From Pseudomonadota bacterium (lineage in GTDB: Bacteria > Pseudomonadota > Alphaproteobacteria > MPNO01 > UBA2964), in NCBI GenBank assembly GCA_036336885.1, contig JAYZFG010000006.1:8933-72932 (forward strand): DNA of 64,000 nt, written 5' to 3'. Position 1 is the first letter of the stretch. Every line of letters begins with the position of its first letter. This document shows, one piece after another, positions 27,311 through 37,642 of the stretch. The position numbers were made by a program, and so were the translations under genes. The notes under the pieces were generated by a model that made no database searches, was not told the origin of the DNA, and saw nothing but the letters and a program-made list of their open reading frames with translations.

Positions 27311-28540
27311 TCACGTCCTATAATCTGCGTTGATCTCGATGTAGCCATGTGTCAAATCACAAGTCCAGACTGTTGCTTTTCCACGACCGATACCCACGTC
27401 CACTGAAATTTCTATATTTTCACCTTGCATATGTTGCGTAACAGGAATCTCGTCATATTCTGGTTCTCGTGCCCCACATCTCGCCACCGACACTCCCCCA
27501 ATTGTTATATGCAATAAATCACGATTAGCTTTTTCACCAGCCTTGCCTACCGCCATGACAATCCTACCCCAATTTGCATCTTCTCCAGCTATTGCCGTTT
27601 TCACCAAGGGTGAATTAGCAATTGCCAGCGCAATTGTCTTAGCTGCTCGATTTGACTCGGCACCTGTCACCATAATTTCAATAAACTTACTTGCCCCTTC
27701 ACCGTCTCTGACAATCTGTTGGGCAAGATCAATCATCAGTAATTCTAGCGTATGTAAAAATTTTTTAAGTCGTGGATCTTTTAAACTCGTTATTAACTTA
27801 TTCTTGGCTTTTCCAGTCGCACATAACAAAACTGTATCACTTGTTGACGTATCGTTATCAACGGTAATTGAATTAAATGATTTATCGGCCGCAGCCTTTA
27901 AAGCTTTTTGTAAAACCGGTTGTTCTATTCTTGCATCCGTAAAGAGATACCCTAACATCGTCCCCATGTCTGGAGCAATCATACCCGAGCCTTTAGCTAT
28001 ACCGTTCAATGTCACTAAAACGCCATCAATATCGGTAACCCGGGTGGCTCCTTTCGGAAATGTGTCTGTTGTCATTATTGCAGACGCAGCAGCCTTCCAT
28101 GAATTTTCAGACAGTTTATTTTTTAATTTTGGAAGAGCCTTAACTAGTTTCTCAACTTCTAAGGGATCGCCAATTACCCCTGTTGAAGAGATAAAAACGC
28201 TATTTCTCCGACAACCAATAATTTTGGAGGTAGTTTTTACAGTTGCCGCAACAGCCAATTCGCCACGGCGTCCTGTAAAAGCATTCGCATTCCCCGAATT
28301 GACCACGATCGCGCGAACACGGGCATTTTTGAGGGCATGCCTGCACCAATGAATAGGGGCAGCAGCGGTCAAGGATTTTGTGAACACTCCAGCAATAGCG
28401 GTTCCCGGAGCGAGTTCTACCAGCATTAAATCATTACGGCCCTGGTAACGTATTCCACATGACCCAGCAGCGATGGTAACACCATTGACCCTTGGGAAAT
28501 TGGGAAATCTTTTCGGAGCAAGAGGGGATTTAGTTGTCAT
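27311..28540 (-). CDS. argJ: Bifunctional ornithine acetyltransferase/N-acetylglutamate synthase
   Basis: 'NSGNANAFTG', 'STGVIG', 'KGSGMIAPDMGTML', 'DGEGA' and 'CDLTHGYIEINADYR'. Confidence 0.97.
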   Translation of the reverse strand: MTTKSPLAPKRFPNFPRVNGVTIAAGSCGIRYQGRNDLMLVELAPGTAIAGVFTKSLTAAAPIHWCRHALKNARVRAIVVNSGNANAFTGRRGELAVAATVKTTSKIIGCRRNSVFISSTGVIGDPLEVEKLVKALPKLKNKLSENSWKAAASAIMTTDTFPKGATRVTDIDGVLVTLNGIAKGSGMIAPDMGTMLGYLFTDARIEQPVLQKALKAAADKSFNSITVDNDTSTSDTVLLCATGKAKNKLITSLKDPRLKKFLHTLELLMIDLAQQIVRDGEGASKFIEIMVTGAESNRAAKTIALAIANSPLVKTAIAGEDANWGRIVMAVGKAGEKANRDLLHITIGGVSVARCGAREPEYDEIPVTQHMQGENIEISVDVGIGRGKATVWTCDLTHGYIEINADYRT

Positions 28541-28779
28541 CGTATTTTATTCATTTCTGTGCCAGATTAAGTGGACAACTTTAAAAAGTTGTATATTTAC
28601 AACAATTCTGTTCTTTAACATTTTCTGCTAGGTAGCGTACAAGAATATAATGAATATAAGAACCAAAAGTGACAAACCGCTAATCGTTGACAGGAACGTG
28701 GTAGATACCTATTTGTCTGCCAATCAATTAACATTTAATAACGTAATTTGGAAAGTAGTCCAGACATAAGAGAGGTCAA

Positions 28780-31578
28780 ATGTTCGCTGCGCTTGCAGAG
28801 GGCGTTTTTGGAAGCGCCAACAGTCGCTATCTGAAACGACTAGAGAAGAAAGCCACACAAATCAATTTGCTTGAGCAGGACTTAGAGGCTCTAAGCGATG
28901 ACGATCTGCGTTCACGTACAAATGAGTTTCGTGATCGTTATAAAAATGGGGAATCTCTTGACGATTTATTGTGTGATGCATTTGCAACTGTGCGCGAGGC
29001 CGCAAAGCGTACTCTTGGGCAACGCCATTTTGATGTGCAACTCCTGGGCGGAATGGTCCTTCATGAGGGGGCAATTGCAGAAATGAAAACTGGGGAGGGT
29101 AAAACCTTAGTTGCCACTCTTCCTGTATATCTTAACGCACTCGCCGGACAAGGTGTCCATGTCGTAACTGTGAATGATTATCTTGCACAAAGAGATGCAC
29201 AATGGATGGGGCAAGTATATGAGTTTTTAGGCCTAACAGTCGGATGTATCGTCCATGAACTAGACGATATTGAGCGTCAGAAAGCTTATGCAGCTGATGT
29301 AACATATGGGACTAATAACGAATTTGGATTCGATTACCTGCGGGATAACATGAAGTTTCGACTGGAGGACATGGTTCAGCGGAAATTCAACTTTGCTATT
29401 ATTGATGAAGTAGACAGCATCCTTATCGATGAAGCACGAACACCATTGATAATTTCGGGTCCTACCGAAGACTCGTCTGAAATGTATCGTCAAATCAATG
29501 ACCTTATTCCAAATCTTTCAGAAGAGCACTATGAGAAAGATGAAAAACAACGAACGGTGGCTCTCACTGAATCCGGGGTAGAACGGATTGAAGAACTTCT
29601 GGCTGAAACAGATTTAATGAATGGAGCTTCTTTGTACGATATTAACAATATCGCAGTCGTACATCATGTAAATCAAGCGCTTAAAGCGCACACCATGTTC
29701 CAAAAAGATACTGATTATATTGTTCAGGATAATCAGGTCATCATCATTGACGAATTTACTGGTCGGATGATGGAAGGTAGGCGTTATTCTGAAGGACTAC
29801 ACCAAGCACTTGAAGCTAAAGAACATGTTGAAGTTCAAAATGAAAACCAGACCCTGGCATCAATTACCTTCCAAAACTATTTCCGGCTCTATCCCAAATT
29901 GGCGGGTATGACTGGTACAGCTATGACAGAAGCAGGCGAGTTTGGAGATATATATGGTTTGGACGTTGTTGAAATTCCTACCCACATGCCATGTATACGT
30001 GAAGACCTCGATGATGAGGTATACAGAACCACCACAGAGAAAGATGACGCTGTTATTGCACTTATTGAAGAATGTATTTCGCGCAAGCAACCGGCCCTCG
30101 TTGGCACAATTTCGATTGAAAAATCCGAGGAGCTTGCCGAATTGCTTAAAAAACGAAGGATTAAGCACAACGTCCTAAATGCCCGGTACCACGAGCAAGA
30201 AGCCTTTATAGTCGCTCAGGCAGGTAAACCGGGACAAGTTACCATTTCGACAAACATGGCTGGCCGGGGTACCGACATTCAACTTGGTGGTAATATCGAT
30301 ATGCAAGTTATTGAAGAGCTCTCAAAAATCAAGGATAAAAAGAGACGTATCGTACAAGAGCCGGAGATACGGGAAAAAGTTACTGCCGAAATTGAGGCTG
30401 CCCGCAAAATTGTTTTGGAAGCGGGGGGGCTATATATTATTTGCACCGAGCGTCACGAGTCGCGTCGTATTGACAACCAACTTCGCGGTCGGTCAGGTCG
30501 TCAAGGAGATCCCGGTGCGTCAAAATTCTTCTTATCTCTAGAAGATGACTTGATGCGAATTTTTGGCTCTGAACGAATAGATACGATGCTCCAAAAACTT
30601 GGTTTGGAAGAAGGTGAAGCAATCGTCCACCCTTGGATAAATAAAGCTTTAGAAAAAGCCCAAAAAAAAGTCGAAGAACGCAATTTTGAAATCAGAAAAA
30701 ATCTGCTCCAGTTTGATGACGTTATGAACGACCAACGTAAGGTAATTTACGAACAACGGCGTGAATTAATGGAAGTTGAAGACGTTTCTGCCACTGTTAC
30801 CGATATGCGGCTGGAGGTTATTGACGATATTGTCTCAAAATGTATCCCGGAGAAGGCTTATGCCGAACAATGGCAAACCGATACACTTCATGAAGAAATT
30901 TTGCGAATTTCCGGCCTAGATCTGCCCGTTTCAGAGTGGGCAAAAGAAGAAGGAATAGCCGAACAAGAAATTCGTGAAAAAATAACTGAGGCCGTAAACC
31001 GTAGAATCGCGGAAAAGGCCGCTAATTACGGCCCAGAAATAATGCGTCTTGCAGAGAAAAGCGTATTGTTACAGGTTCTAGACCAGATTTGGAAGGAGCA
31101 CTTGTTAGCGTTAGATCATCTACGGCAAGGCATTGGTCTCAGAGCCTATGCGCAGAAGGACCCTCTTAACGAATATAAACACGATGCGTTTGATTTATTC
31201 GACCAAATGCTAGCAATGTTGCGTGAAACTGTTACCCAGGTTTTATGCCATATGGAAATCTCCGATGAAAATCCCGAAGAAATTATTGATTACGGGATTG
31301 GCGAGACAGAAGAAAATCGTGGCGACACCGGAATGGCGGCAATCCCGAATAACATTCATCCAGCGGCCGACGTTCAAAATATTCCTAAAAGTAATCCAAA
31401 TATATATACGGCCAGCACAAATCCAGAAGATGTTCCGCATGGCTGGCGTTTTCATGAACCAATTGGACGTTGGGTTGACCCGGTAGACCCCGAAACCTGG
31501 GGTAAAGTTCCGCGTAATGCCGCGTGCCCCTGTGGTTCAGGAAAAAAATTTAAACTTTGTCACGGTCGGGTAGTCTGA
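28780..31578 (+). CDS. secA: Preprotein translocase ATPase
   Basis: 'MKTGEGKT', '[19 protein letters not shown]', '[10 protein letters not shown]', '[13 protein letters not shown]' and C-terminal '[12 protein letters not shown]'. Confidence 0.99.
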   Translation: MFAALAEGVFGSANSRYLKRLEKKATQINLLEQDLEALSDDDLRSRTNEFRDRYKNGESLDDLLCDAFATVREAAKRTLGQRHFDVQLLGGMVLHEGAIAEMKTGEGKTLVATLPVYLNALAGQGVHVVTVNDYLAQRDAQWMGQVYEFLGLTVGCIVHELDDIERQKAYAADVTYGTNNEFGFDYLRDNMKFRLEDMVQRKFNFAIIDEVDSILIDEARTPLIISGPTEDSSEMYRQINDLIPNLSEEHYEKDEKQRTVALTESGVERIEELLAETDLMNGASLYDINNIAVVHHVNQALKAHTMFQKDTDYIVQDNQVIIIDEFTGRMMEGRRYSEGLHQALEAKEHVEVQNENQTLASITFQNYFRLYPKLAGMTGTAMTEAGEFGDIYGLDVVEIPTHMPCIREDLDDEVYRTTTEKDDAVIALIEECISRKQPALVGTISIEKSEELAELLKKRRIKHNVLNARYHEQEAFIVAQAGKPGQVTISTNMAGRGTDIQLGGNIDMQVIEELSKIKDKKRRIVQEPEIREKVTAEIEAARKIVLEAGGLYIICTERHESRRIDNQLRGRSGRQGDPGASKFFLSLEDDLMRIFGSERIDTMLQKLGLEEGEAIVHPWINKALEKAQKKVEERNFEIRKNLLQFDDVMNDQRKVIYEQRRELMEVEDVSATVTDMRLEVIDDIVSKCIPEKAYAEQWQTDTLHEEILRISGLDLPVSEWAKEEGIAEQEIREKITEAVNRRIAEKAANYGPEIMRLAEKSVLLQVLDQIWKEHLLALDHLRQGIGLRAYAQKDPLNEYKHDAFDLFDQMLAMLRETVTQVLCHMEISDENPEEIIDYGIGETEENRGDTGMAAIPNNIHPAADVQNIPKSNPNIYTASTNPEDVPHGWRFHEPIGRWVDPVDPETWGKVPRNAACPCGSGKKFKLCHGRVV

Positions 31579-31609
31579 TTCTAGTAATTACATGAACGTG
31601 AACACATAG

Positions 31610-32569
31610 TTATGATGACAAAACATCGTTGCCAAGCGTTATAAATCGTTCGCGTCTCTGCGAGCGCAAAACTGTACCTTCAATGCCCTCAATTTCATTT
31701 AAGGCCCCTTCCAGTCCTACGCCAACCCGATTTATCGTTTCTTGACGATTGCGGTGCGCTGCACCGAGAGGTTCCGAAATGATTTCATCAACTACGCCAA
31801 ATTTAAGTAAATCTTTAGCGGTCATTTTTAATGCTCCCGCCGCTTCTTCTGCGTGATCAGCACTTCGCCAGAGGATTGATGCACAACCTTCGGGCGAAAT
31901 AACTGAATATACAGCATGTTCCATCATCAGAACTTTGTTAGCTGCTGCTATTGCAATAGCCCCGCCGCTGCCACCTTCACCAATTACCACACTTACTATT
32001 GGGACATTCAAATTAAGACATGTCTCAATAGAACGTGCGATGGCTTCAGCCTGTCCGCGCTCCTCTGCCCCAATCCCCGGGTAGGCACCAGGCGTATCAA
32101 TAAATGTAATAATTGGCATAGAAAAATGATCGGCAAGCTTCATCAACCTCTGCGCTTTTCGATAACCTTCGGGACGTGGCATACCAAAATTATGTTTAAC
32201 CCGGCTATCTGTGTCGTTGCCTTTCTCTTGCCCGATCACTACGACAGAACGTCCCTTAAACCGTCCGATTCCACCGAGAACTGCTGAATCTTCTGCATAG
32301 ACCCGATCACCTGAAAGGGGCGTAAACTGATCTATTAACGCACCAATATAGTCGACACAATGTGGCCGGTCAGGATGCCGCGCCACCATGACGGTCTGCC
32401 AAGGCGACAATTTTGTGTATATCTGCATTAATGTTTTATCAATGCGGCTCTGCAGCTTAGACAACTCATCAGCGATTTTAATATCGCCAATGTCGGACAT
32501 ATGCCGGAGTTCTTCCATCTTGCCTTCTAATTCTGCAACCGGCTTTTCAAAATCTAAAAAACTTGGCAT
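31610..32569 (-). CDS. accA: Acetyl-CoA carboxylase carboxyltransferase alpha
   Basis: 'FLDFEKP', 'ARHPDRP', 'DTPGAYPG', 'GEGGSGGA' and 'SVISPEGCASILW'. Confidence 0.98.
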   Translation of the reverse strand: MPSFLDFEKPVAELEGKMEELRHMSDIGDIKIADELSKLQSRIDKTLMQIYTKLSPWQTVMVARHPDRPHCVDYIGALIDQFTPLSGDRVYAEDSAVLGGIGRFKGRSVVVIGQEKGNDTDSRVKHNFGMPRPEGYRKAQRLMKLADHFSMPIITFIDTPGAYPGIGAEERGQAEAIARSIETCLNLNVPIVSVVIGEGGSGGAIAIAAANKVLMMEHAVYSVISPEGCASILWRSADHAEEAAGALKMTAKDLLKFGVVDEIISEPLGAAHRNRQETINRVGVGLEGALNEIEGIEGTVLRSQRRERFITLGNDVLSS

Positions 32570-32606
32570 ATTTTTCCCTAAACTGAATAACCTAAAGCAA
32601 AATTCA

Positions 32607-33653
32607 CTATATTTGGTTTTTTGCCATAGGGTGAAAGTTTTGAATAGTCATTTTTAAACGTTCTTCCAAAACATGAGTGTAAATTTGCGTAGTCGAAATA
32701 TCTGAATGGCCAAGTAGCTGCTGCACAGCCCTTAAATCAGCGTCGTGAGCCAATAAATGGCTTGCAAATGCGTGGCGTAAAACATGAGGCGACACCTTAG
32801 AACGCGGGAGTCCTGCACGAACCGCCAGTTCTTTAAGCTGAGAAGCAAACAGCTCTCTTGTTAAATGCCCTTCTTTGGCATTTTTCGATGGAAATAACCA
32901 AATAGAAGTAGAGCCTTTCTTTATAAACGCCGGCCTCTTTTTAATCCACGATTTAATAGCAACCTTAGCAGGCTCACTCAAAGGAATAATCCGTTCCTTA
33001 CCGCCCTTACCCCGCACAGTAATTATTTTTAAATCGCGGGCCAATGCGCCAATCGGCAAACCAACAAGCTCAGATACCCGTAAACCTGTGGCATATAAAA
33101 GTTCGACCATGGTGAAGAGCCTTAGATCACGCGGTGAATGTCCTGAAGAAAATCGCGCTTCTGCTAGTAGCTTCTCAACATCCGACTCTCCCAAAATTTT
33201 TGGCAATGGACGCCCGCGCCTAGGTCTAACAATGTCTTCAGTAGGATCATCGGGTAAATATTTCTCTTCTACCAAAAATTTAAAGTACTGGCGGAGTGCT
33301 GAGAGTCGGCGAGACATAGTTGTAGCCGCCATACCGCTTTCACCCATCATGGCCGTAAATTGACGTATTATCTCCTTAAATTTAGGCATTAATATTGTTA
33401 ATTCCTCTATAGGATAGACTTCTTTTTTCAGTGAAGTCTCTTCAAATAAATTCATTAAATTTTTAAGTGCTTCTATTATTTCATTGGACATTTCTGAGAC
33501 ATTTTCGCCTTTATCACTTGATCTCTCTTGATCCAAAAACTTGCCCAAGAACTTTTCAAACAAATCCAAATCCCTACGATAAGACTCGATAGTTCTTAGC
33601 GTGACGCCGCGTTCAACAGTTAGCATTTCGAGAAAGGCATTTTTAGAAGACAA
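32607..33653 (-). CDS. xerD: Chromosomal tyrosine recombinase XerD, with an insertion in the N-terminal domain
   Basis: 'ELLYATGLRVSELV', 'GKGGKER', 'SPHVLRHAFASHLL', 'LGHSDISTTQIYTHV'. Standard position upstream of accA. Confidence 0.92.
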   Translation of the reverse strand: MSSKNAFLEMLTVERGVTLRTIESYRRDLDLFEKFLGKFLDQERSSDKGENVSEMSNEIIEALKNLMNLFEETSLKKEVYPIEELTILMPKFKEIIRQFTAMMGESGMAATTMSRRLSALRQYFKFLVEEKYLPDDPTEDIVRPRRGRPLPKILGESDVEKLLAEARFSSGHSPRDLRLFTMVELLYATGLRVSELVGLPIGALARDLKIITVRGKGGKERIIPLSEPAKVAIKSWIKKRPAFIKKGSTSIWLFPSKNAKEGHLTRELFASQLKELAVRAGLPRSKVSPHVLRHAFASHLLAHDADLRAVQQLLGHSDISTTQIYTHVLEERLKMTIQNFHPMAKNQI

Positions 33654-33691
33654 ATTTAATATTTCGGATTTTGTAATTCAGCCTGTCCTTT

Positions 33692-35542
33692 TTATAATCC
33701 TGCTGCAATCGCCACCTCAATTGCAATGGCCCTTGCATCTTTATTGAACCCTGCGTCCCTCAATCCTTTTATGGATAGTTCTGCCGCATATAAGTTTTCG
33801 GGAATGGTGCCAAATTCACCAAGCACAATTAGGGCCATGGCCACGGTAGCACCTCTATGAGCATTAGTAGACACCTGTGACAACGCATTCCTCTCAGCAG
33901 ACTTTGGTCCAGATGTCATCATTGGTTTACCATCATCTAAAACTTGGGCCCATAGCTCCGTGGGTATTGTGGCCCCCATGGCGTTTAAAAGACTAAAAAA
34001 TGTCCTAGCTTTGAATAAAAATCCGGCACCCATATCTTTCTTTGATTGCCACCAATTCCTAAATGACTCTGAACTAAAATCCAAAACGACATCTTTAGAC
34101 ATTAACATTTTTAACGGCCAGAGTGACGCTTTTTGACTATTATTTTTTTCTTTGTCGTTGGCGAACTCTATCCATTTGCGCGCCAATTTCATATCCGCCG
34201 AAAGTAACAAAACCCTGACAGCAACACCTGAAAACTTAACCAGTTCAACGTTCGGCTTTAAAGCTGCTACAAGCGGAGCCATAGCGAGTGCCGTAATTTT
34301 CCAATTGCCTCTTTCGCGTGCTAACTTAAGTGCCCGTTGAATGAGGTCTGCTCGAGCAGACGTAGATTCTGTTTTTCCGGCAGCCTGTACCAAGAGAGCG
34401 CGACCTCTAGTTCCCCAATTTTTTGAGGCATATTGAATTGGGTTTGCCATCACAGCTGGATCAAAAGTAACTGCATTATAAATTTCGCCAAGAATTTTTC
34501 CGTCAAGCACACCTATATCTGTCGCTAATTCAGCAGCAATGAGCCGCAAACCAAGGGATGCATTTGGGCTTAAGCAGATAGCTCGAAGAGCCGAAGGTGA
34601 AGCATTTTCGATAACGTCATCTGGTAAACCCAGTCCCGCTGATCGCATGAGGGATAAAAGCAACGCCGAAGGCCCTTTTAAACTATTGATTTTTGGTGAA
34701 TCTGCTCCAGATAACTTATCCATTGCGGCGAAGAATGCCGGATGTACAGTCCCTGATCTTTCAGCCAGTACATCTGATATTAAGTTGGCTTCCGCATTTT
34801 TACCGGCCATTGCAAGGCAAAATGCGGCCGCTTTTTGCCAGTAAATATCTTTGAACCCATCGCTATATGCTTGCACCATTTGACAGGCCCCGGCTGTATC
34901 ATTTCCAAACAACCGCCCCTCAACACCTATACGCGCCAAATATTCCTCACTGGGACTACCTGATGTTGAAGCAATTAATGCAAGAGCAGACTTCACATCT
35001 CCTATTTCAAACAACGCTCCAACTCTCAAGGGTAATAGTGGGGGTTGAGAATGTTTTCTTTTTGGGGCGACCGCTTGCGTCAAAAGTAAACGCCTCATTA
35101 AATTACGCATTGTCGGCGATCGAACTCGCGAGGGTAGTAGCGCGATAGCCCTTGTAACAAACGACCGGCTAGTTCCTAACCACATTTCAGCGCCCAAACC
35201 ACCGCGGGATTCGTCAAGAACGCCAACCGAATCCGTATCAAGTTCTTTCAAGGTATGAACCGCGACCGGAGCATTGGTTCTATCTGAGGGTGAGATCGGG
35301 GTATACCTCTTCGCATCTTTATTCTTTATTGTATTATTTCCCTGTTTAGTTATGGAGGGCCTTTTTATACTGGGTATTAATTGGACAGGCGCATTCTCAG
35401 ATTGCAAATTACGCTTCTCGGTTTTCACATTTAGTCCTATCTGTTCTGCGAATGCTTTCGGCAATAACGGGTTCGCCACAAAAAGTAATTGGACGACCAA
35501 AAAGATGGGGACTATAAATCGTTTATCGGGAAAACCGTTCAT
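33692..35542 (-). CDS. Conserved alphaproteobacterial exported hypothetical protein upstream of xerD
   Basis: Signal-like N-terminus, 'GGLG..MW.GT', 'L.RRLLL' and C-terminal 'L..AG...DARAIA.E'. Confidence 0.8.
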   Translation of the reverse strand: MNGFPDKRFIVPIFLVVQLLFVANPLLPKAFAEQIGLNVKTEKRNLQSENAPVQLIPSIKRPSITKQGNNTIKNKDAKRYTPISPSDRTNAPVAVHTLKELDTDSVGVLDESRGGLGAEMWLGTSRSFVTRAIALLPSRVRSPTMRNLMRRLLLTQAVAPKRKHSQPPLLPLRVGALFEIGDVKSALALIASTSGSPSEEYLARIGVEGRLFGNDTAGACQMVQAYSDGFKDIYWQKAAAFCLAMAGKNAEANLISDVLAERSGTVHPAFFAAMDKLSGADSPKINSLKGPSALLLSLMRSAGLGLPDDVIENASPSALRAICLSPNASLGLRLIAAELATDIGVLDGKILGEIYNAVTFDPAVMANPIQYASKNWGTRGRALLVQAAGKTESTSARADLIQRALKLARERGNWKITALAMAPLVAALKPNVELVKFSGVAVRVLLLSADMKLARKWIEFANDKEKNNSQKASLWPLKMLMSKDVVLDFSSESFRNWWQSKKDMGAGFLFKARTFFSLLNAMGATIPTELWAQVLDDGKPMMTSGPKSAERNALSQVSTNAHRGATVAMALIVLGEFGTIPENLYAAELSIKGLRDAGFNKDARAIAIEVAIAAGL

Positions 35543-35660
35543 CGGGGAGTATCTTTTCTATATTGGTTGTAGGAGCTGGTATGTCCCAAATTAGTAAAAA
35601 GCTAAGAGCACCAATTACTAAAATAACTAAACAAATCAATACTATAAGGTTTAATCGCAT
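35523..35660 (-). CDS. Small single-pass membrane protein (45 aa), absent from the ORF track
   Basis: Manual translation MRLNLIVLICLVILVIGALSFLLIWDIPAPTTNIEKILPDERFSR*. Overlaps the start of the next gene by 20 nt. Confidence 0.8.
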   Translation of the reverse strand: MRLNLIVLICLVILVIGALSFLLIWDIPAPTTNIEKILPDERFSR

Positions 35661-35896
35661 TTTAAATGCCAAACAATTTCCTAGGCCAGCAATATAGTCC
35701 TACCATCAACTCTTTTCGTTTAACATGCCACAATATATTGATACCATATATAATCATGGAACACGACGTAGAATACATCATATATTTATATAGTTCGAAA
35801 AACCTAGCACATAATCATGACGAGATTTGGGCAGTCTATCTCCCAGGGTTTATAGTTTCAACAAGCCAAACATCGCCGCTTACTTCTGATTGAAAA

Positions 35897-36451
35897 ATGA
35901 GTAACAAAGAATTCCCATATATTTCGAAATCCATCGTGCTTGTAGGAATGATGGGCGCTGGAAAGACATGTATAGGTCAAAGGCTAGCCAAACGTCTCAA
36001 ATTACCGTTCGTAGACGCCGATGACGAAATTGAAAAGGCAGCTGGATGCTCAATTTCTGATATCTTTCAGTTATATGGAGAAACCAAATTCCGTGATGGC
36101 GAGCGGAGAGTAATTGCTCGTCTTTTGAACGAGCCTATTCATGTGTTGGCCACCGGTGGTGGAGCTTTTGTCAACGATGACACGCGTGAGCGTATTAAAA
36201 ATACTGCGACCTCTATTTGGATACGTGCTGACATTGAACTATTATTATCGCGCACTAACCGCCGCAACGACCGGCCATTGCTTAAGGATACCAATTCACG
36301 GGAAAAGCTAAAAGACCTGATAAACCAACGGTACCCAACATACGAACAAGCCGATATCGTAATTGATAGTGGCCATGAATCGCCGGATATTACCGTGGAA
36401 GAAGCTATTATTGCTCTAAAAACGTTTAATTCAGAACAAAATTGCTTATAA
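35897..36451 (+). CDS. aroK: Shikimate kinase
   Basis: 'LVGMMGAGKT', 'D.D.EIE', 'FRDGE', 'ATGGG' and 'RPLL'. Confidence 0.97.
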   Translation: MSNKEFPYISKSIVLVGMMGAGKTCIGQRLAKRLKLPFVDADDEIEKAAGCSISDIFQLYGETKFRDGERRVIARLLNEPIHVLATGGGAFVNDDTRERIKNTATSIWIRADIELLLSRTNRRNDRPLLKDTNSREKLKDLINQRYPTYEQADIVIDSGHESPDITVEEAIIALKTFNSEQNCL

Positions 36452-36466
36452 AGTAGGTCAACAGTC

Positions 36467-37582
36467 ATGAAAAAGGTTGAAATTTTCAAAGTTGATTTAA
36501 AAGACCGGAGCTATGATATCGTCATTGGCCCAAATTTGATTGGTGCTGCAGCCGAGTACATTTCACCACTAATAAAACACAAACCTGTGATAATTATAAC
36601 AGATGATATCGTTGCAAAACATCATCTCAATACCCTTGTGTCTGCGATAGAGGGGGCCGGGATAACACATTCCGTCATCACACTCCCGTCGGGCGAAAGC
36701 ACAAAAAGTTTTGATGAATTTAAAAAGGTCATTTCAGCAATACTAGATACAAATCCTGAACGTTCGAGTAGCCTTATAGCGCTTGGCGGCGGAGTTATAG
36801 GAGATTTAGTAGGATTTGCGGCAAGTGTTATTTTACGCGGCATTGATTTTTTTCAAATTCCCACAACCCTTTTATCCCAGGTAGATAGCTCTGTTGGGGG
36901 AAAAACCGGAATAAATACACATCACGGTAAAAATTTGATTGGCACATTTTATCAACCACGAATCGTATTAACGGATACAAACGTCTTAGAAACCCTGCCG
37001 AAGCGTGAATTTTTATCGGGATACGCCGAGGTTGTAAAATACGGTTTGATTGGAGATAAAAAGTTTTTTGAATGGCTAGAAATTAACGGTCAAGCGCTGA
37101 TAAACGGAAATGAAGATCTAAGAAGGTACGCTATAATGACAAGCTGCTGTGCAAAAGCACGCATCGTCAAACGTGACGAAAAAGAACTTGGAAATCGCGC
37201 ATTGCTAAATTTTGGTCATACATTTGGTCATGCCTTGGAGGCAAATACGGGGTTTGGTTCGAAACTCCTTCATGGTGAAGCTGTTGCCATCGGAATGATT
37301 ATGGCCTTCGATTTATCGGTACTAATGGGATTATGTCAAAAAGAAGATGCAGCGCGCGTTCGAAAACATTTTTTATCGATTGGTTTACCCACCCAAGTGA
37401 GTGACATTTCTAATCAAAATTGGGAGAGTCAATCAATCCTCAACTATATCGCGCGAGATAAGAAGGTTCAAAACGGAAAAATTAATTTCATTCTGACCCG
37501 TGGCATTGGAGATGTTTTTATGTCTTCTGGGGTTGATACTGCGGATTTGCTCAATGTCCTAAACCAACAAACCGAAAATTAA
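36467..37582 (+). CDS. aroB: 3-dehydroquinate synthase
   Basis: 'GGGVIGDL.GF', 'PTTLLSQVDSSVGGKTG', 'LNFGHTFGHA' and 'HGEAV'. Confidence 0.98.
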   Translation: MKKVEIFKVDLKDRSYDIVIGPNLIGAAAEYISPLIKHKPVIIITDDIVAKHHLNTLVSAIEGAGITHSVITLPSGESTKSFDEFKKVISAILDTNPERSSSLIALGGGVIGDLVGFAASVILRGIDFFQIPTTLLSQVDSSVGGKTGINTHHGKNLIGTFYQPRIVLTDTNVLETLPKREFLSGYAEVVKYGLIGDKKFFEWLEINGQALINGNEDLRRYAIMTSCCAKARIVKRDEKELGNRALLNFGHTFGHALEANTGFGSKLLHGEAVAIGMIMAFDLSVLMGLCQKEDAARVRKHFLSIGLPTQVSDISNQNWESQSILNYIARDKKVQNGKINFILTRGIGDVFMSSGVDTADLLNVLNQQTEN

Positions 37583-37642
37583 ATATGCTAAGAACAATAT
37601 TATTATTCAACTTACAGGCGCTTGATAGGACGCCCAAAACAA

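Noticed and set aside
27543-28352. 269-aa antisense ORF within argJ, and similar shadows in pyrD, xerD, dinG, groEL and argF
   Set aside because: These are opposite-strand shadows of conserved genes with no motifs, as expected from codon bias.
32607-33653. Tyrosine recombinase as a phage or island integrase
   Set aside because: It has XerD-specific motifs and the canonical position upstream of accA. There is no cargo, tRNA or att repeat.
35666-35893. 75-aa ORF upstream of aroK
   Set aside because: AT-rich divergent promoter region with no RBS and no recognisable domain.
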